DNA of 64,000 bases from Antedon mediterranea (taxonomy: Eukaryota; Animalia; Echinodermata). Under the pieces are notes generated by a model. That model worked only from the letters and a program-made list of their open reading frames with translations, did no database searches and was not told the DNA's origin. Each line of letters opens with the position of its first letter. The stretch's first letter is position 1. The stretch covers positions 12,000,948-12,064,947 of the forward strand of contig NC_092673.1 in assembly GCF_964355755.1 (NCBI RefSeq), written 5' to 3'. Made by a program: the position numbers and the translations under genes. Positions 12,855 through 32,250 of this stretch are shown here, in pieces.

Positions 12855-13419
12855 TAATTGGGGGGGGGGGGGGGAAATACAAATCGACCCCTTGACCCAG
12901 ATGTTTTTTTAAATATATGAATGAATATGTTAAATAAGTTCATTTGGATCTGATAATATAATGTGATAAAAAGTTACTTCTATATGATCCAATATAATGT
13001 CAAGTTTGTAAGATGATATCGGTACTTACATTTTCAGAGAACTTGACGTTTCGCCTACTAACAGCAAGGCATAATCATATACACTATAATATCTCTATGG
13101 TATGATTGCGTTGTAATAAATCGTCGTCATCATCTCACTAAACATTACAAGTATTTACCAAAATAAAACAAACTTCACATAAATTTTAGATGATATTGTT
13201 TCTCTTTGATATATACTGGAGGCCTAATTGTCCTAAAGGAGAAATTGTAACTCAACAATTGAATTGTACAAACAGTACAGCAAATTAAAAAAATATTAAG
13301 ATTATGTACACAGTAATAACGCAATTGTTTCAATATTGACTGTTGTTATATACAATGAGTTCATACATCCAATTAATGATCTGCCGTGACAGACACAGAC
13401 CGAAAAGCCTCTTATAGCG

Positions 13420-14055
13420 ACAACCGTTAAATGTAGAAAACGCCAGCTAATGTCGAAACAACAGTTAATGTAGAACAATCCACCGCTAATAATGTAGTAA
13501 AACCTCCAGCTAATGTAGAAACACCAACAGATTATGTTGTAAATAAAAATCAACACCAGCTAATGTAGAAACGGTCAACAGATTATTTAGTAACGAAAAT
13601 TTCCTCCCAGCTTATGTAGTTACTATCGCCAGCTAATGTAGAATGTTATAGGCCTATATTTTACAAAAATGTCTAAATCATGTGCAAAATGCATCGGTCT
13701 TTACTTAGCTATCATCAGTCTTTCTAAAACGACCACACATCGTAAACAACCATTTCCGTATTTCCGTGTATGGGACCGCTTCTCATAATCGACCACCTCT
13801 CGTAAAGGGATCACCTGCTCCCTGCTCTCATAAAGGACCGCTTCTCATAATCGATCACCTCTCCTAAGCCGGCGACCACACCTTTCGTAAGTGACCACCT
13901 CTTTTTAGGGACCACGACCTCTTTCTCTCTATTAAAGGACCGCTTCTCATAATCGACGATATCCCATCACAACGACCTCTCGAAAGTGACCGCCTCTATT
14001 GAACGACCACCATCTCTATTAAAGGACCGCTTCTCATAATCGACCACCTCTCGTA
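13420..14055. repeat. Two blocks of degenerate transposon subterminal repeats
   Basis: ccagctaatgtagaaa-type units at about 13420-13645; aaggaccgcttctcataatcgaccacctc-type units at about 13730-14055. Confidence 0.6.
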
Positions 14056-14365
14056 TAGTATTTTTAATAAAGGCACCAAATTTGGTAGACTCATGTCCTA
14101 TGACATGAAATAAAAAATGAATGAAAATTGGTACCTTCATTAGCGGTTGTAACAACGCTCAATGGCGCGTCAAAAATGAAGGTGTTTGTTTGTTTGTTTG
14201 TTTTATCTTTATACTGGGTGACCTCTCTCTTCAGTCAAAGACTGATCTCCCAGAGGGCCCAGTTGGTGATCAGTGGCTGTGAGGTACTAATACACCGGCG
14301 TACACTGGACCTACGGTTTATAGTCCTCATCCGAGAAGACTCGTTCTACCACCAGAACCATGGAG

Positions 14366-16017
14366 GTTCTAGGACACCTACCCCCTAGACAGTTACCCCC
14401 CGGATGTTTACCACCCGGACAACTACCCCCTTAGGACAACTACCCCCCGGACAACTACTCCCCGGACAACTACCCCCTTAGGACAACTACCCCTTTAGGA
14501 TAACAACCCCCCGGACAACTACCCCCCGGACAACTACCCCCTTAGGACAACCACCTCCTTAGGATAACTACCCCCCGGGTAACTACCACCGGTCAACTAC
14601 CCCCCCCCCCCCTCCCAATCCAAAAGTAGACAAATATATAGGACCAGTTTCTGTAAAACCCTTTTCTTAAAGTGGGTCTCCATTTTCGTATAGTGGGGTC
14701 TCCCTTTTCGTACGTGGGTCTCCCTTTTCGTAGGCCTATATTTGGGTCTCCCTTTTCGTCGTATATTTAGGTCTCCCTTTTCGTATATTAGGGTCTCCCT
14801 TTTCGTATAGTGTGGTCTCCCTTTTCGTATAGTGGGTCTCCCTTTTTGTACGTGGGTCTCCCTTTTCGTATATTTAGATCTCCCTTTTCGTATAGGGTCT
14901 CGGGTCTCTGGTCTCGGGTCTCTAGTTTCGAAACACCCGTTTTTAACCAATTATTCTGTTTAACAGCACGCTAGACCCTAGATGTGCTAGATTTAAAGTA
15001 CCGTATTTATTGAAAAAACGGCCTGGGCTGTTTATTGTTCAGGTGGTTTTTAGGTGGACATTTATTGGAAGAAAGTTGTTTATTCAATGGGAGGGGGTAT
15101 AATCTAATGGAAATAGACGCCGATTATTCCATATGATGTTTTATGGGAGTGACATGGTCACCGTTTATTTGAGGGGAATTTATTTAAAGATCGCCGTTTA
15201 TTCGGTGAGTGAACATTGAGGTCAAATATCAAAAGTGATATTATTCATCAAGTGTACAAAAATACATATATGACAAATTTGAGACAAAAATGAATTCTTT
15301 TAAGACCAGTGTTTATCGAAGCATTGTCCTGACGCAAAAATTATTATTATTTTTAGCGAACCCAGTCTTTACAGTAAATACAGGGAGTACTATATAATAC
15401 GTTCGACTATCCTATGATCATGTGTGACAATCTTCAGTTTATACCAGGCTATATTTATGTTCAATCTTTTACTTTTGTTTACAATAATGAATAGTAATTC
15501 GTCGAAGTAACGAATTAAAATATAGTTATTAATTCCTCTATTATACACTGTTGCAGAGTCAGGTTTGAATGGTCTGGGTGGTAGTTGTCCGTCCGCGGGG
15601 TAGTTGTTCTAAAGGGATAGTTGTCTGGGTGGTAGTTGTCCAGGGGTTAGTTGTCCTACGGAGGTAATTTTCCTAAAAGATTATTTGCCCTCGGAGTATT
15701 GTCCAGGTTCAGGAGGTAGTTGTCCTACGGGGAGTTGTGTCAGAGGTAGTTTTCCGCGGGGTAATTACCCGGGGGGGGGGGGGGTAATTGTCCGGGGGTA
15801 ATTGTTCCTAGGGGGTAATTGTCCGGGTAGTTGTCCAGGGGGTAGTTGTCCTAAGGGGGTTGTTGTCCTAAGGGGGTAGTTGTCCGGGGGGTATTTGTCC
15901 GGGGGGTAGTTGTCCTAAAGGGGTAGTTGTCCTAAGGGGGTAGTTGTCCAGGTGGTGGTTGTCCGGGGGGTAGTTTTCCGGGGGGGTAAATGTCCAGGGG
16001 GTGAATATCCGGATACG
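14366..16017. mobile_element. Non-autonomous foldback (Mutator/FB-like) DNA transposon
   Basis: Left arm of ggacaactacccc repeats (14370-14610) and inverted right arm of ggggtagttgtcc repeats (15575-16017). Direct repeat ACCATGGAG at 14357-14365 and 16018-16026. Confidence 0.85.
14665..14938 (-). mobile_element. One end of a TIR element with ~20-bp subterminal repeats, nested in the foldback
   Basis: About 11 copies of gggtctcccttttcgta(tag), terminating in ggtctctagtttcgaaacaccc (GGGTGTTTCGAAAC on the minus strand). Confidence 0.6.
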
Positions 16018-17356
16018 ACCATGGAGTGAGTGAGCCTCGAACCCCTGCCGATGTTATGGCTACGTGATTACGGTTCCACTGTCTTAATAACCGCTCGGCC
16101 ACTCACTCCTGAACAACAAAATACACTCTTGGAGACGACGTGTTGTACATTTTGATATTGGACGCTTTGCGGGTGTTTTGTGTGTGTACACAGGGACAAA
16201 ACCGTACACGCATGCGCTTGCGAGGTGTTGAAAATGCAATGAATTACATATGATAAATTTATAATTATTATGATTGACTTTGCACATGATTTATACTGTA
16301 TGTTTGACAGGGCTTTAGGCAACGATTCGTGCAGCCGTGATTTGGACGGCCGGCCATTTTCGGAAAAAAGAGGAAGTTGCCATGCTATCCTTGTTTTTGC
16401 CGAAAATAAAACACGCCGATTTTTTGGCTGCACGTCTATTTGTAAATAAGATAACACCGTGTTCAATAAAACGAGAAAGTGGCATGCCCGGGCGTGGCAA
16501 CTTGCTATTTATTAGATTGTATGGGAAAAAGAAACCCTCGTAGTAGGCCTATAGGAGGCGTAGAGTCTCAATACTGTTTATATCAAGTGCAACCACGTCT
16601 CTATATGGGCCTGTTTCTGCTGTGCATAACCGGTTAAAATGCATTTTCTTGGCAGCAGAAACGGGACAAATTTCACATAACCGGTTAAAATGCGTTCTCA
16701 AAAATATGGTTAAAAAAAAGCCGTCTAACCGGTTCCTACGTGCTATTTTTAGCAGCAACGCGCGGTTATACGACCGCTATTAACCTCTGGTCAATTACGT
16801 GGTATATTGTATTCATTGTACTCGTGATTTGACTTACAATAGAATAAAATACAGTAATTTAACATTATTTAACAAATTAAAGTACTGTTAGTTTCGATTT
16901 TACGGCTGTTTTATTCAGGCTAGGCCTAGTCTGTTGCGTTAGTAACGGCGGATGTTGTGCGTTAATAATTCTCTCTGTGTCTATATTCTCTCTGTGTCGT
17001 GTCTGGGCTATCATTTTGTGTGTTCATGGTGCTTATCTTATCATTATCATGTTAATAATAATATATTATATAGATGATAATTGATGGAGGATGTTATGAC
17101 AGTATCTCATTGCTTATTTGCATTTATATAATTGATGAATAAAAAGAGTGACACTTTTATTTGACTATTTTAAATGTTGTGGTCCTATTGTTATCCATTC
17201 AATGAATATTTCAGAAATTCTATCCATAGTTTTAGGAATTGTGTGGATATAATTAGTGCTAATCATCACTTAGCACAAAGAAATAGGCCTATGCTCTTTA
17301 AATATCAAAGATGTTAAACCAGTTGGATGTTTTGAACCGTACATCGGAAATACTTC

Positions 17357-18300
17357 TTTTTTATTTTTTTTATTTTATTCAATCAAAACCAACAGCGATA
17401 AATACCGCCACTAACAGGGTTGAAACATAAAACAATACAACATCAAAAACGGTTAACAATAAAATACAGATAAAATATATATATATATATAAAAAACATA
17501 GATTGGCATGCCATAAAAAATTTCAATTAAAACAGGTTATGCAGACTGTTCAAGAAGTGAACACATCATCGTCCTCTTAAAATAACCAAGTCTATCATTA
17601 AAAATATCGATATGATTGCTATTTAGATTATTAAATGTATAAGGTAGTCTATGGAAAAGTCCCCTCTTAGTACAGTCGACACGGCTAAAAGGAATATGCA
17701 ATAAATGTCTATTTCGTGTACGACCAGGAACATTTAAACTAAATAGTGAAATTAATGAACAGTCATATTTAGAATTTAAAATATTATATAAAAAAACCAT
17801 ATCAGATATCGTTCGACGATTGCTGACAGAATCAATGGAAAAGGCAAAATTAACACAGTTATAAGACAGGAATCGAACAAACTTCCGTTGAACAGTGTCG
17901 ATTCGACGGGCCTGACATGGAGAAATTGAATTGAAAATTGCGGAACAATATTCAAGGTGAGGACGTATAATAGATTTGTATAAAGATAAAAGTGCCCTGC
18001 CGTCGTTCATAAACCTACAATTTCTCCATATTAAGCCCATCATTCTATTAGCTTTTGACAACACATGATTAATATGTGAACAAAAATTTAATTTACTATC
18101 AATAAAAATACCTAAATCTTTCCATACATAAACCATCTCAAGATCATGTCCACTCAGATTATAATTGAAGAGCACAGGCCTTTTTTTAAGTGTTATAGAT
18201 AAATATTTGCATTTATTAGCATTAAGTTTTATCCCCCACTTCTCCGTCCATTCCACGAGACCATCCAGATCCTCCTCTCTAAAATCGATCATTATTTTTG
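17357..18300 (-). mobile_element. 5'-truncated CR1/L2-group LINE (RT C-terminal part and tail)
   Basis: ORF 17537-18337 has WTEKWGIKLNANKC, KDLGIFIDSKLNFCSHI and LYKSIIRPHLEYCS. A-rich tail on the minus strand near 17357-17380. Confidence 0.85.
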
Positions 18301-18507
18301 TATTATTTCGTATTCTCATAGGTCTAAGTTTATGCATGAAATTGTTATTTTATTTGTAGGCCTATGGATTTGTAATTCCGAAATAAAAGATGAATGAATA
18401 AACACTTTCTTCCTTTTTTTTTTTTTTCACCAATCAGCAAGCACGGCCGTTTAAACTTATGTATTCCCGTTTTTTGATGGTAACAAGTCGGATGTGTTAC
18501 ATGCGAT

Positions 18508-18960
18508 TGTGTACAAAACGAAGACCCTTGATTATTTCGCACACAGACTTCTGTAAAAGTAAAAATTGTGATATTGTGTTAGCCTGGTGTGATATCATTC
18601 AAATAACATTTAAAAAAAACATGGGTCTTCGTTTTGTAGACACCCATATAGGCCTATAGGATGTGTACAAAACGAAGACCCTTGATTATCTCGCACACAA
18701 ATGTTTGAAGAAGTTCAAAATTGTGATAATAATTGTGTTAGCCTGGTGTCTTCACTCAAATAAAAAAACCATAGATCTTCGTTTTTTTTAGAAACGTACC
18801 CACCATAGGATGTGTACAAAATCGTTTTGTATTGCACCCTCCTATAGGCCTAGGATGTGTACAAAACGAAAACCCTTGATTTATGATTATCTCGCACCCA
18901 AATTGTGATATTGTGTTGGCCTGGTGTGTTATTCAAATAACATAAAAATATGGGTCTTCT
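18508..18960. repeat. Tandem cluster of ~140-bp MITE units (same family as 12713-12854)
   Basis: (ggat)gtgtacaaaacgaagacccttgattat restarts at about 18509, 18659, 18808 (truncated) and 18853. Spacers include ataggcctata. Confidence 0.75.
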
Positions 18961-20230
18961 GTCATTTTTTTTTGTATTTCACAACAAAATAGGCCTACTC
19001 GGCCGCTCAATAAGAATAAAGATGTGGTATGATATTTGGTGGTCATCCGAGTTTTTATATTTTAACATTCCAACAATCAAGTGTTGTGGGATATGCAGTC
19101 TGTGGTGGTGGCAGTAATCATGGAGTTTGAGAAGGTGTTTTTACACAGATCGCGAGGAAGTTTTATGATTATGCATACAGAGTAGCCAAACGAGCGCGTT
19201 GCATTATGAGAGATATGTTTTGACCGAAAACTTTGACTGGAAGTCAAAGTTATTTTTTAACAACAAAAAAACGTGTGTATTTCAGTTAAATGATTTTTTT
19301 TTCGACTAATTTTTGGTGAAAGTTAATAACTAGGCCTATCTATTATGATACTTCAAAATGACTCACTTTTTTTTTGGAATTAGTCAAGGCCCAGGGACAA
19401 TGGATAGCCTAGGCCTACATCTTTAAATAAAAGGTCAGGTGTCCGATAACCCAGGCCTACTACTACTACTACAGGGGCTAGGTAGGCCTACTACTGTACT
19501 ACTACAGTAGTAGTAGCCTAGTAGTACTCTAGCCTAGGCTAGTAGGCCTAGTAGGCCCTAGTTAAACCGGTCCCGTTAAACCCTTCCCTATTCCCTAGGC
19601 TAGACTCTACGTACTAGCTAGCCTAGACATGACCTATTTCAATATTATTATGGCTACCTAACCTACTACTATTAGGCCTATGTCTATATTTCTTGATCTA
19701 GAAAAGTCAAATCCGAATTTCGACCGTTAGGCCACCCCAACAACATCAAACGTTATTCGACCTCGCTATTCACACAGTACGTAGGCTATGATATGAATGT
19801 CTGCCTACTCCTACGTCAATTTCCCCGCGACTTTTGTATTTAGATTGTAAAAGGTTCACCACGCATGAAGTGTGTGTGTACTATACTGTGTGGTGTGGGC
19901 TTCCTTTCTTTGTGTGTGGTGTGAGTGTGTGACGTTGTGTTCATGGGAGGAAACACAATCACAACAAAGCGCTCTAAGAACAACTTGTTTAACGCAATAA
20001 GACTCAAAGGTCAAATATAAATAGATTGTGTAATATTTGCAACTACAACCCATTTTACATTTACTTACAATATTTTGTGTGTAGTTGAAATAATAATATT
20101 GTTTTATGTGTTATAAAAAAGGGTTTCATTGCGCTCTTTCTTTCTTTGATCGTCCAATATAAACTATGACCCGTTTTTATACCAAAAGTCAATTACTACG
20201 CATGCGTGGCTTACCTCGTGAAAATCAAAA

Positions 20231-26922
<6,692 letters not shown>

Positions 26923-27930
26923 CTTTCCCGTTGTAATTTCCTTTACACTGAATATATTAACAATTTAAAAAACTATTTAATGAACTGCCAGCTTATGTGG
27001 TGTGTCGGAACATGAACAGTTTCAAGGCCAGGGTCATTCAATAATAATTCTTTATTTAATTTTGACCCAAGACATTTCAGTGATACTGTACTAAATTTGT
27101 TCTCTGATCTAATCCATCATTTTCTATGTTTCTCTTAAAAAAAATTCTATTTAATCTTAATTCCATTACACGTGTTGGAAAACAAATGTTCACCTTTATG
27201 GATTTTTTTTTATTAAAAGGACAATATTTGTAATCTACTTTACTCATTGATGTATGTATGGACAGTGATCAATTTGTATGCTATATTATACCATGATGAT
27301 GTAGAAATAATTTTGACTCCACTGTGTCTCGGGAAAAAAAACAAAAAGACAACTTACTTAGTTTTCTGTAAGAATTTTGTAAATTTTAGATGTGTTGTCT
27401 TTTTTTTAAACTAGTTTTTTAGATTGCTGTGTCTTGGATATAAAACAAATTTGATATAGATGTTCCCCATTGTATCAAACACTCCTTAAATATGGTCAAC
27501 AGTATACATTATGATCAGACTCATCAAGCATTAATTGCATCTTGTATTCTAAAAAACTTCTGTTACTGACTTTTAGGCAGCAATTAGTTTAACAATTGGT
27601 GTATAACGAATTTCTTGTTGATTATTATCAAGAATTTGTTTTTGGGTAGCCAGTAACATTTGTTTGAAACTTCTTAGATCTTGAGCCAATCTTTTAGACT
27701 GCAAACTCAGCCGATGGTACAGTAACAGTGTTTTGTTATTGTCAACTGAAGTTAACGAATCAGGCTATAGTTTATTAATTGCATCTAGTTTTACTTAAAC
27801 CATAATTTGAAAATACTGTAGTTTTGAGTAATACTAATGTAAATATTGCAAACATCTTTATCTATTTGAATATTGTAATTGGAAAACCAATGTCTCGAAT
27901 GAAAACTTTGTGAGAGGTTTAAGATATGCT

Positions 27931-28032
27931 AATAAAATTTCCTTTATGTTAATGTTGCTCATTTGAAGTGCACTGTAAAATGATGCAATTCATGTTGTGT
28001 ACTAAACCATTCCCAAAACCATGACCAATAAA
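27931..28032 (+). terminator. Candidate SET polyadenylation signals
   Basis: AATAAA at 27931-27936 and 28027-28032, the latter followed by GT/T-rich sequence, about 1 kb after the stop codon. Confidence 0.45.
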
Positions 28033-28440
28033 CACAGCATCCAACTTTCTCAGGTTTATTGTGAAACTGTTTTTTATTTGGTTTGTAGCAAGTAAACCTT
28101 TGATGAATTACTGGCTACATACTTTATTAATAGTTTGTTTTGGTAATCTGACTAGCTTAAATTGGATGTCAAAGCATAGGCCAGACCTCCAAAATTGGAG
28201 CACTGCATTTTTCAATGGGTTAATCCTTCTCCCTAGGCTATGAAAAATACATGTTAAGAAGCGTCAACCATCATATTGTACTGTATTTTATGACACTTTG
28301 AACAATTTTAGTGCATTATCAAACTAGTTTGACTTCAAATTAAATGCTGTGAATTAAGAATGACTGAAGACTTTGCATGAATTCGCTAGAATTGTTTTAT
28401 AGTCAACTTTTACAAGCTTCGCGCAACTCGCTTCATTTGA

Positions 28441-28791
28441 CGTTAACATGCTCAATGTGCACCGCCTAGGCTACACTTATTTTACAAAGAGTTTGATAAA
28501 GTTTCCAGGATGGTTATTCAGAGCTATTGGCGTTAACATGCTCAATGTTAACCGCCTAGGCTATACTTATTTTACAATGAGTTTGATAAAGTTTCCAGGA
28601 TGGTTATTCAGAGCTATTGGCGTTAACATGCTCAATGTGCACCGCCTAGGCTACACTTATTTTACAATGAGTTTAATAAAGTTTCCAGCATGGTTATTCA
28701 GAGCTATTGGCGTTAACATGCTCAATGTGCACCGCCTAGGCTACACTTATTTTACAATGAGTTTGATAAAGTTTCCAGCATGGTTATTCAG
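28441..28791. repeat. Tandem repeat, ~4 x 90 bp, inside an interspersed (HINE-like) repeat
   Basis: The unit cgttaacatgctcaatgtgcaccgcctagg... starts at 28441, 28531, 28621 and 28711. The flank 28870-28942 is inversely similar to 51688-51755. Confidence 0.9.
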
Positions 28792-29019
28792 CGCTAAACA
28801 CAGAAGAAATGAGTTTCACAATCAAATGAACATATTAGATATGTTCACTTCATTCAAACTTGTCAGAAACTAGTAACAATTCTAGAAGGGGTGCCCAAAA
28901 ATTTGAACAATTTAATGACGTCATTTTGACCACGCCCCTTTTAAATAAATTAGGCCTATGCAGCCATTTGAAAATAAAAAAAAAATTTAAATTACATAAA
29001 CAAGTTTGTTGATATAGGG

Positions 29020-31440
29020 TTTGCGGTACACCACGTGTATTAGTTCTGAGAGTTTCTCGACGTTTCGATCAATATGCTTTGTGAGAATACAGAAAGTCCA
29101 GGAAACTTGGAATATAAGTGGAAAGGGTGGGACTGGTGTGAAAGCCAGAAACAATGGCAAGTTCACACAGTGGGAGGGATTGAAACTTTTCTATAGAAGA
29201 GCATTGTTTCGGATAGGTGTAAAAAACAAAGTTTAACAAGCTAAAAACAATAGCATTGTCTCACAGTCTCAAAGTTGGGTGTGGACAGGCCAAACATAGA
29301 CCAAGTGAAAAACAGGGACTCCAGACTCCTCTGTTGGAGTTTAGGGTCAGCTTGCAGTCGATGTTTGACTATACAGTAGTGCAAGCTTCCCTAACTGGAA
29401 CATTGGTAAATAAAGACTTGATGACAAATCTGATCAGCTTGTCCGTTGGTTCCAGGTAAACGTCCTTGATGATTTCCACGAAATGATGAGAATTCTTCAC
29501 ATGATGACCTGTTAGTCCTACCAGTGGATATAGTTTCTTGGCTAGATGTTTTGCCAGGTTGTACGTTGGTGAGCTTCTGGAAGAGACAATAGGACGTAGT
29601 GGTATGTCCTGCTTATGCAGGCCCGTAGCCAGGGGGGGTTTTTATGGTTCGGGCGAACCCCCCCCCCCCCCCCCCCCCCTTTGCAGCGAACCCCCCCCCC
29701 CCCCCTTAACCAACTGCGAACCCCCATTCCCGACATGCCCAATACCTCACCCTCATCTCCGAAAATCCTCCAAATACGTGCCCCACAGTACAAAAAGTTG
29801 TTTGTAAATTGAAAAATTCGTAAACTTGTTCGTGAACCTTCTTCTCTGCATGAGCGTCAACTAGTGATACGTGTCTGTAAATTTCTAAAAGCTGCAAATG
29901 AATTGCCGATTTTAACCTGAAAAATAAATGTTTGGTCCCTGCATGTAACATGATATTGACGCGTCTCATAGCGAGCTGGCGCACGAACGATTCGTACAAA
30001 GGACACCGCCAGACAACTGCGTACCTATAATTGTTTAGATCACTGGCAGTCAGGCAGCATGCATGAAGTAATGTATATAGCCTTCCGACGTACCTCAGTA
30101 TTTATGTGTGACTATGAAGTATAATGTATCATAGAGGATTATAGTGAATATTAATATTTTACACTATAATATCTATGGTATCAAGTACTGTAGTTCACAT
30201 TATGGCATCCGATTATTTTTTTCTAGACCACCAGCCGATACGTACCGTACTAAAATGTATCAATATCACCTATTTACATATTTATATTCCTCAACAAATT
30301 GCTGTAAATAAATATTATAGATAGAGCTAGCAAATAGCATTTGCCTTCACCCAGTGTGCTTTTTTCGGGGCTGGTCCTAGATATACGTTCGCATTGAACT
30401 TGAACGCAAAACAAAATACGGAGTAAATGATCAAACAATCGGTGGTTCCGCACAGAGCACGCGCATCTAACATACGGCAACAAATAGTTATCGTCATTTA
30501 AATTATCGACGTGTTTGAGGAGGAGGAAAAAAGTACGATCTTTTTGCTCATTGGTTATATAGCATGCAGCACGAGAGTGTCTTTTCCGGTCATCTAGGGG
30601 TGTCATTTAACAAAATTCGCTTCGCATCAGGTCCCACCCCCAGGGGGAGGAGGGTTGACCCAAATATTTAGTGTCCGAACCCCCCCTTGACAGATCCTGG
30701 CTACGGCCCTGTTATGTATCTTAGGTTGCCCAAAGAGTCTGGGACAAGTTGTTGCTGATGATTGAAGTTGGTGGTAGGTAGACTTGGGTAGAGTTTCAGA
30801 GCGATGTAGTTGTAGAAGTTTAGCTGCGATCTTCCTCTCGATGGATTTAGTTGGATCTTTCTTGATTTTCCTATACGTAGGAGTGTTCAAGAGCTGCATA
30901 ATCTTCTTCTTGTACTCTGTAACGTTCATGATGACGGTGGCATTTCCCTTGTCTGCTGGTAGGATGTGGATTGATAAGTCTGCCCGGAGAGTTCTAAGAG
31001 CATCTCGTTCTTCCTTGGTGATGTTGGATTTCGGTTTAGTGTCCTGACGTAACAGTTGAGAGATCTGCATACGGATGCTGTCTGCTGAAGTTTTGTCAAG
31101 ACCTGTCAAAGTAGGTTCTATTCGTTGGATGATATCTTCCTTCGGTATAGTTGAAGGTGCTGTAGCAAAGTTTAAGCCAAGTACGAGAACTGATTTCTCG
31201 GATTGTGACAAGTCACGACTGCTTAGGCTGACTACAGTCTTGGCGTTAAACTGAGTACGGCTAAGAGTTGGTGCTGGTGTTTTCTCCCGTTGGTTGTTTT
31301 TTTGCAAGACGGTTGAATTTCTTGATTTGCTGCTTGTGAATGGTCTCGACTTGTGGGACCATTTGTTCACCTTGTCGTAGTTTCCCTGTTGTAAAGCTGT
31401 GTCTAATCTGTGACGAATTTCCTCAATCGCGTGTGTCTGT
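29020..31440 (-). mobile_element. Penelope-like retroelement (decayed RT region), interrupted by a DNA transposon at 29618-30711
   Basis: VVSLSSRDLSQSEKSVLVLGLNF, ILPADKGNATVIM and PRLFGQPKIH continue after the insert as KQDIPLRPIVSSRSSPTYNLAKHL...KSLFTNVP. These are typical PLE RT motifs. Confidence 0.88.
29618..30711. mobile_element. Non-autonomous hAT-like element with 5-bp TSD (hAT5-like), copy 1
   Basis: TIR CAGGCCCGTAGCCAG / CTGGCTACGGCCCTG; TSD TTATG at 29613-29617 and 30712-30716. Confidence 0.85.
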
Positions 31441-31454
31441 CTGAACCTTTTTTT

Positions 31455-32080
31455 TTATAAAATGCTATATGATAGTGGTATAACAGTAGTTAAAGATTTG
31501 CTTAATGATAACGGAAGTATGCTGTCTTATGAACAGTTTCATATTAAATATGATACACGTGTGGATTTTTTGACTTACCATAGTATAATTGTAGCTATTC
31601 CTAAAATATGGAGAGATGCCATGCAATCTAAGAACTATGATAATGTTAAAACAAAAAAGTGAAGTAATTATAGCATCGAATTCAAAACTTGCATATACCT
31701 TAATAATTAATCGCATTAGTTCTTCCGCATACCTGTATCAAATGGGAAAACGAATTTGGACATATAGCCGACTGGGAGATGTTATATATATAATAACATA
31801 CAAAAGTACAATAGACACAAGACTGATATATTTTCAGTACAAAATATTAAATATGTTCTTGACTACAAATGTTTTACTACATAAATTTAAAATTAAAGAT
31901 TCTGAATTATGCGATAGGCCTACTTGTAAGGAAGAGCCGGAATGTTTGCAACATCTTTTTTGGAAATGCAAAAAAGTAATATCATTTTGGAAAGACATCC
32001 AATTCTGGTTGAACAATAGAAATATTAAAATAGTTTTTGATGCAAAAATTATATTATTATTATTATTATTATTATTTTGA
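31455..32080 (+). mobile_element. L1/Tx1-type LINE ORF2 C-terminal fragment (zf-RVT-like)
   Basis: GITVVKDLLNDNG..., FQYKILNMFLTTN..., CDRPTCKEEPECLQHLFWKCKKVISFW; frameshifted. Confidence 0.8.
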
Positions 32081-32250
32081 TAGGAAAATACTACCGTATA
32101 TATCTATAGATATAAATGGAGAAATCCAAAGGCAAATTACTGAAAAAAATGACAATGCTGTGGGTATCAGTGGCTGGATCTCAATGGAGATACAAAAATA
32201 AAAAGCGAAAAGCTAAATCAAAACGATAAAGTAAACAGCCAGAAAAGTTA

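Larger units (their letters stand above)
14184..16109 (-). mobile_element. tRNA-derived SINE (Deu/Nin-like central domain), split by a foldback transposon
   Basis: Minus strand: A-box TGGCCGAGCGG and B-box GGTTCGAGGC in 16018-16109. After removing the insert it continues with CTCGGATGAGGACTATAAACCGTAGGTCC and ends in an (AAAC)n tail at 14184-14200. Confidence 0.75.

Noticed and set aside
13041-13080. Hammerhead-like GCCU..AGGC-GAAACGUC on the minus strand
   Set aside because: The first core box reads AUGAUUA and stem I cannot pair; at best a truncated relic.
14597-14950. 117-aa KGRP/KRET-repeat ORF
   Set aside because: Translation of ~20-bp transposon subterminal repeats.
29538-29812. Poly-proline/poly-glycine ORFs
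   Set aside because: They derive from C-runs in the subterminal region of the hAT5-like element.
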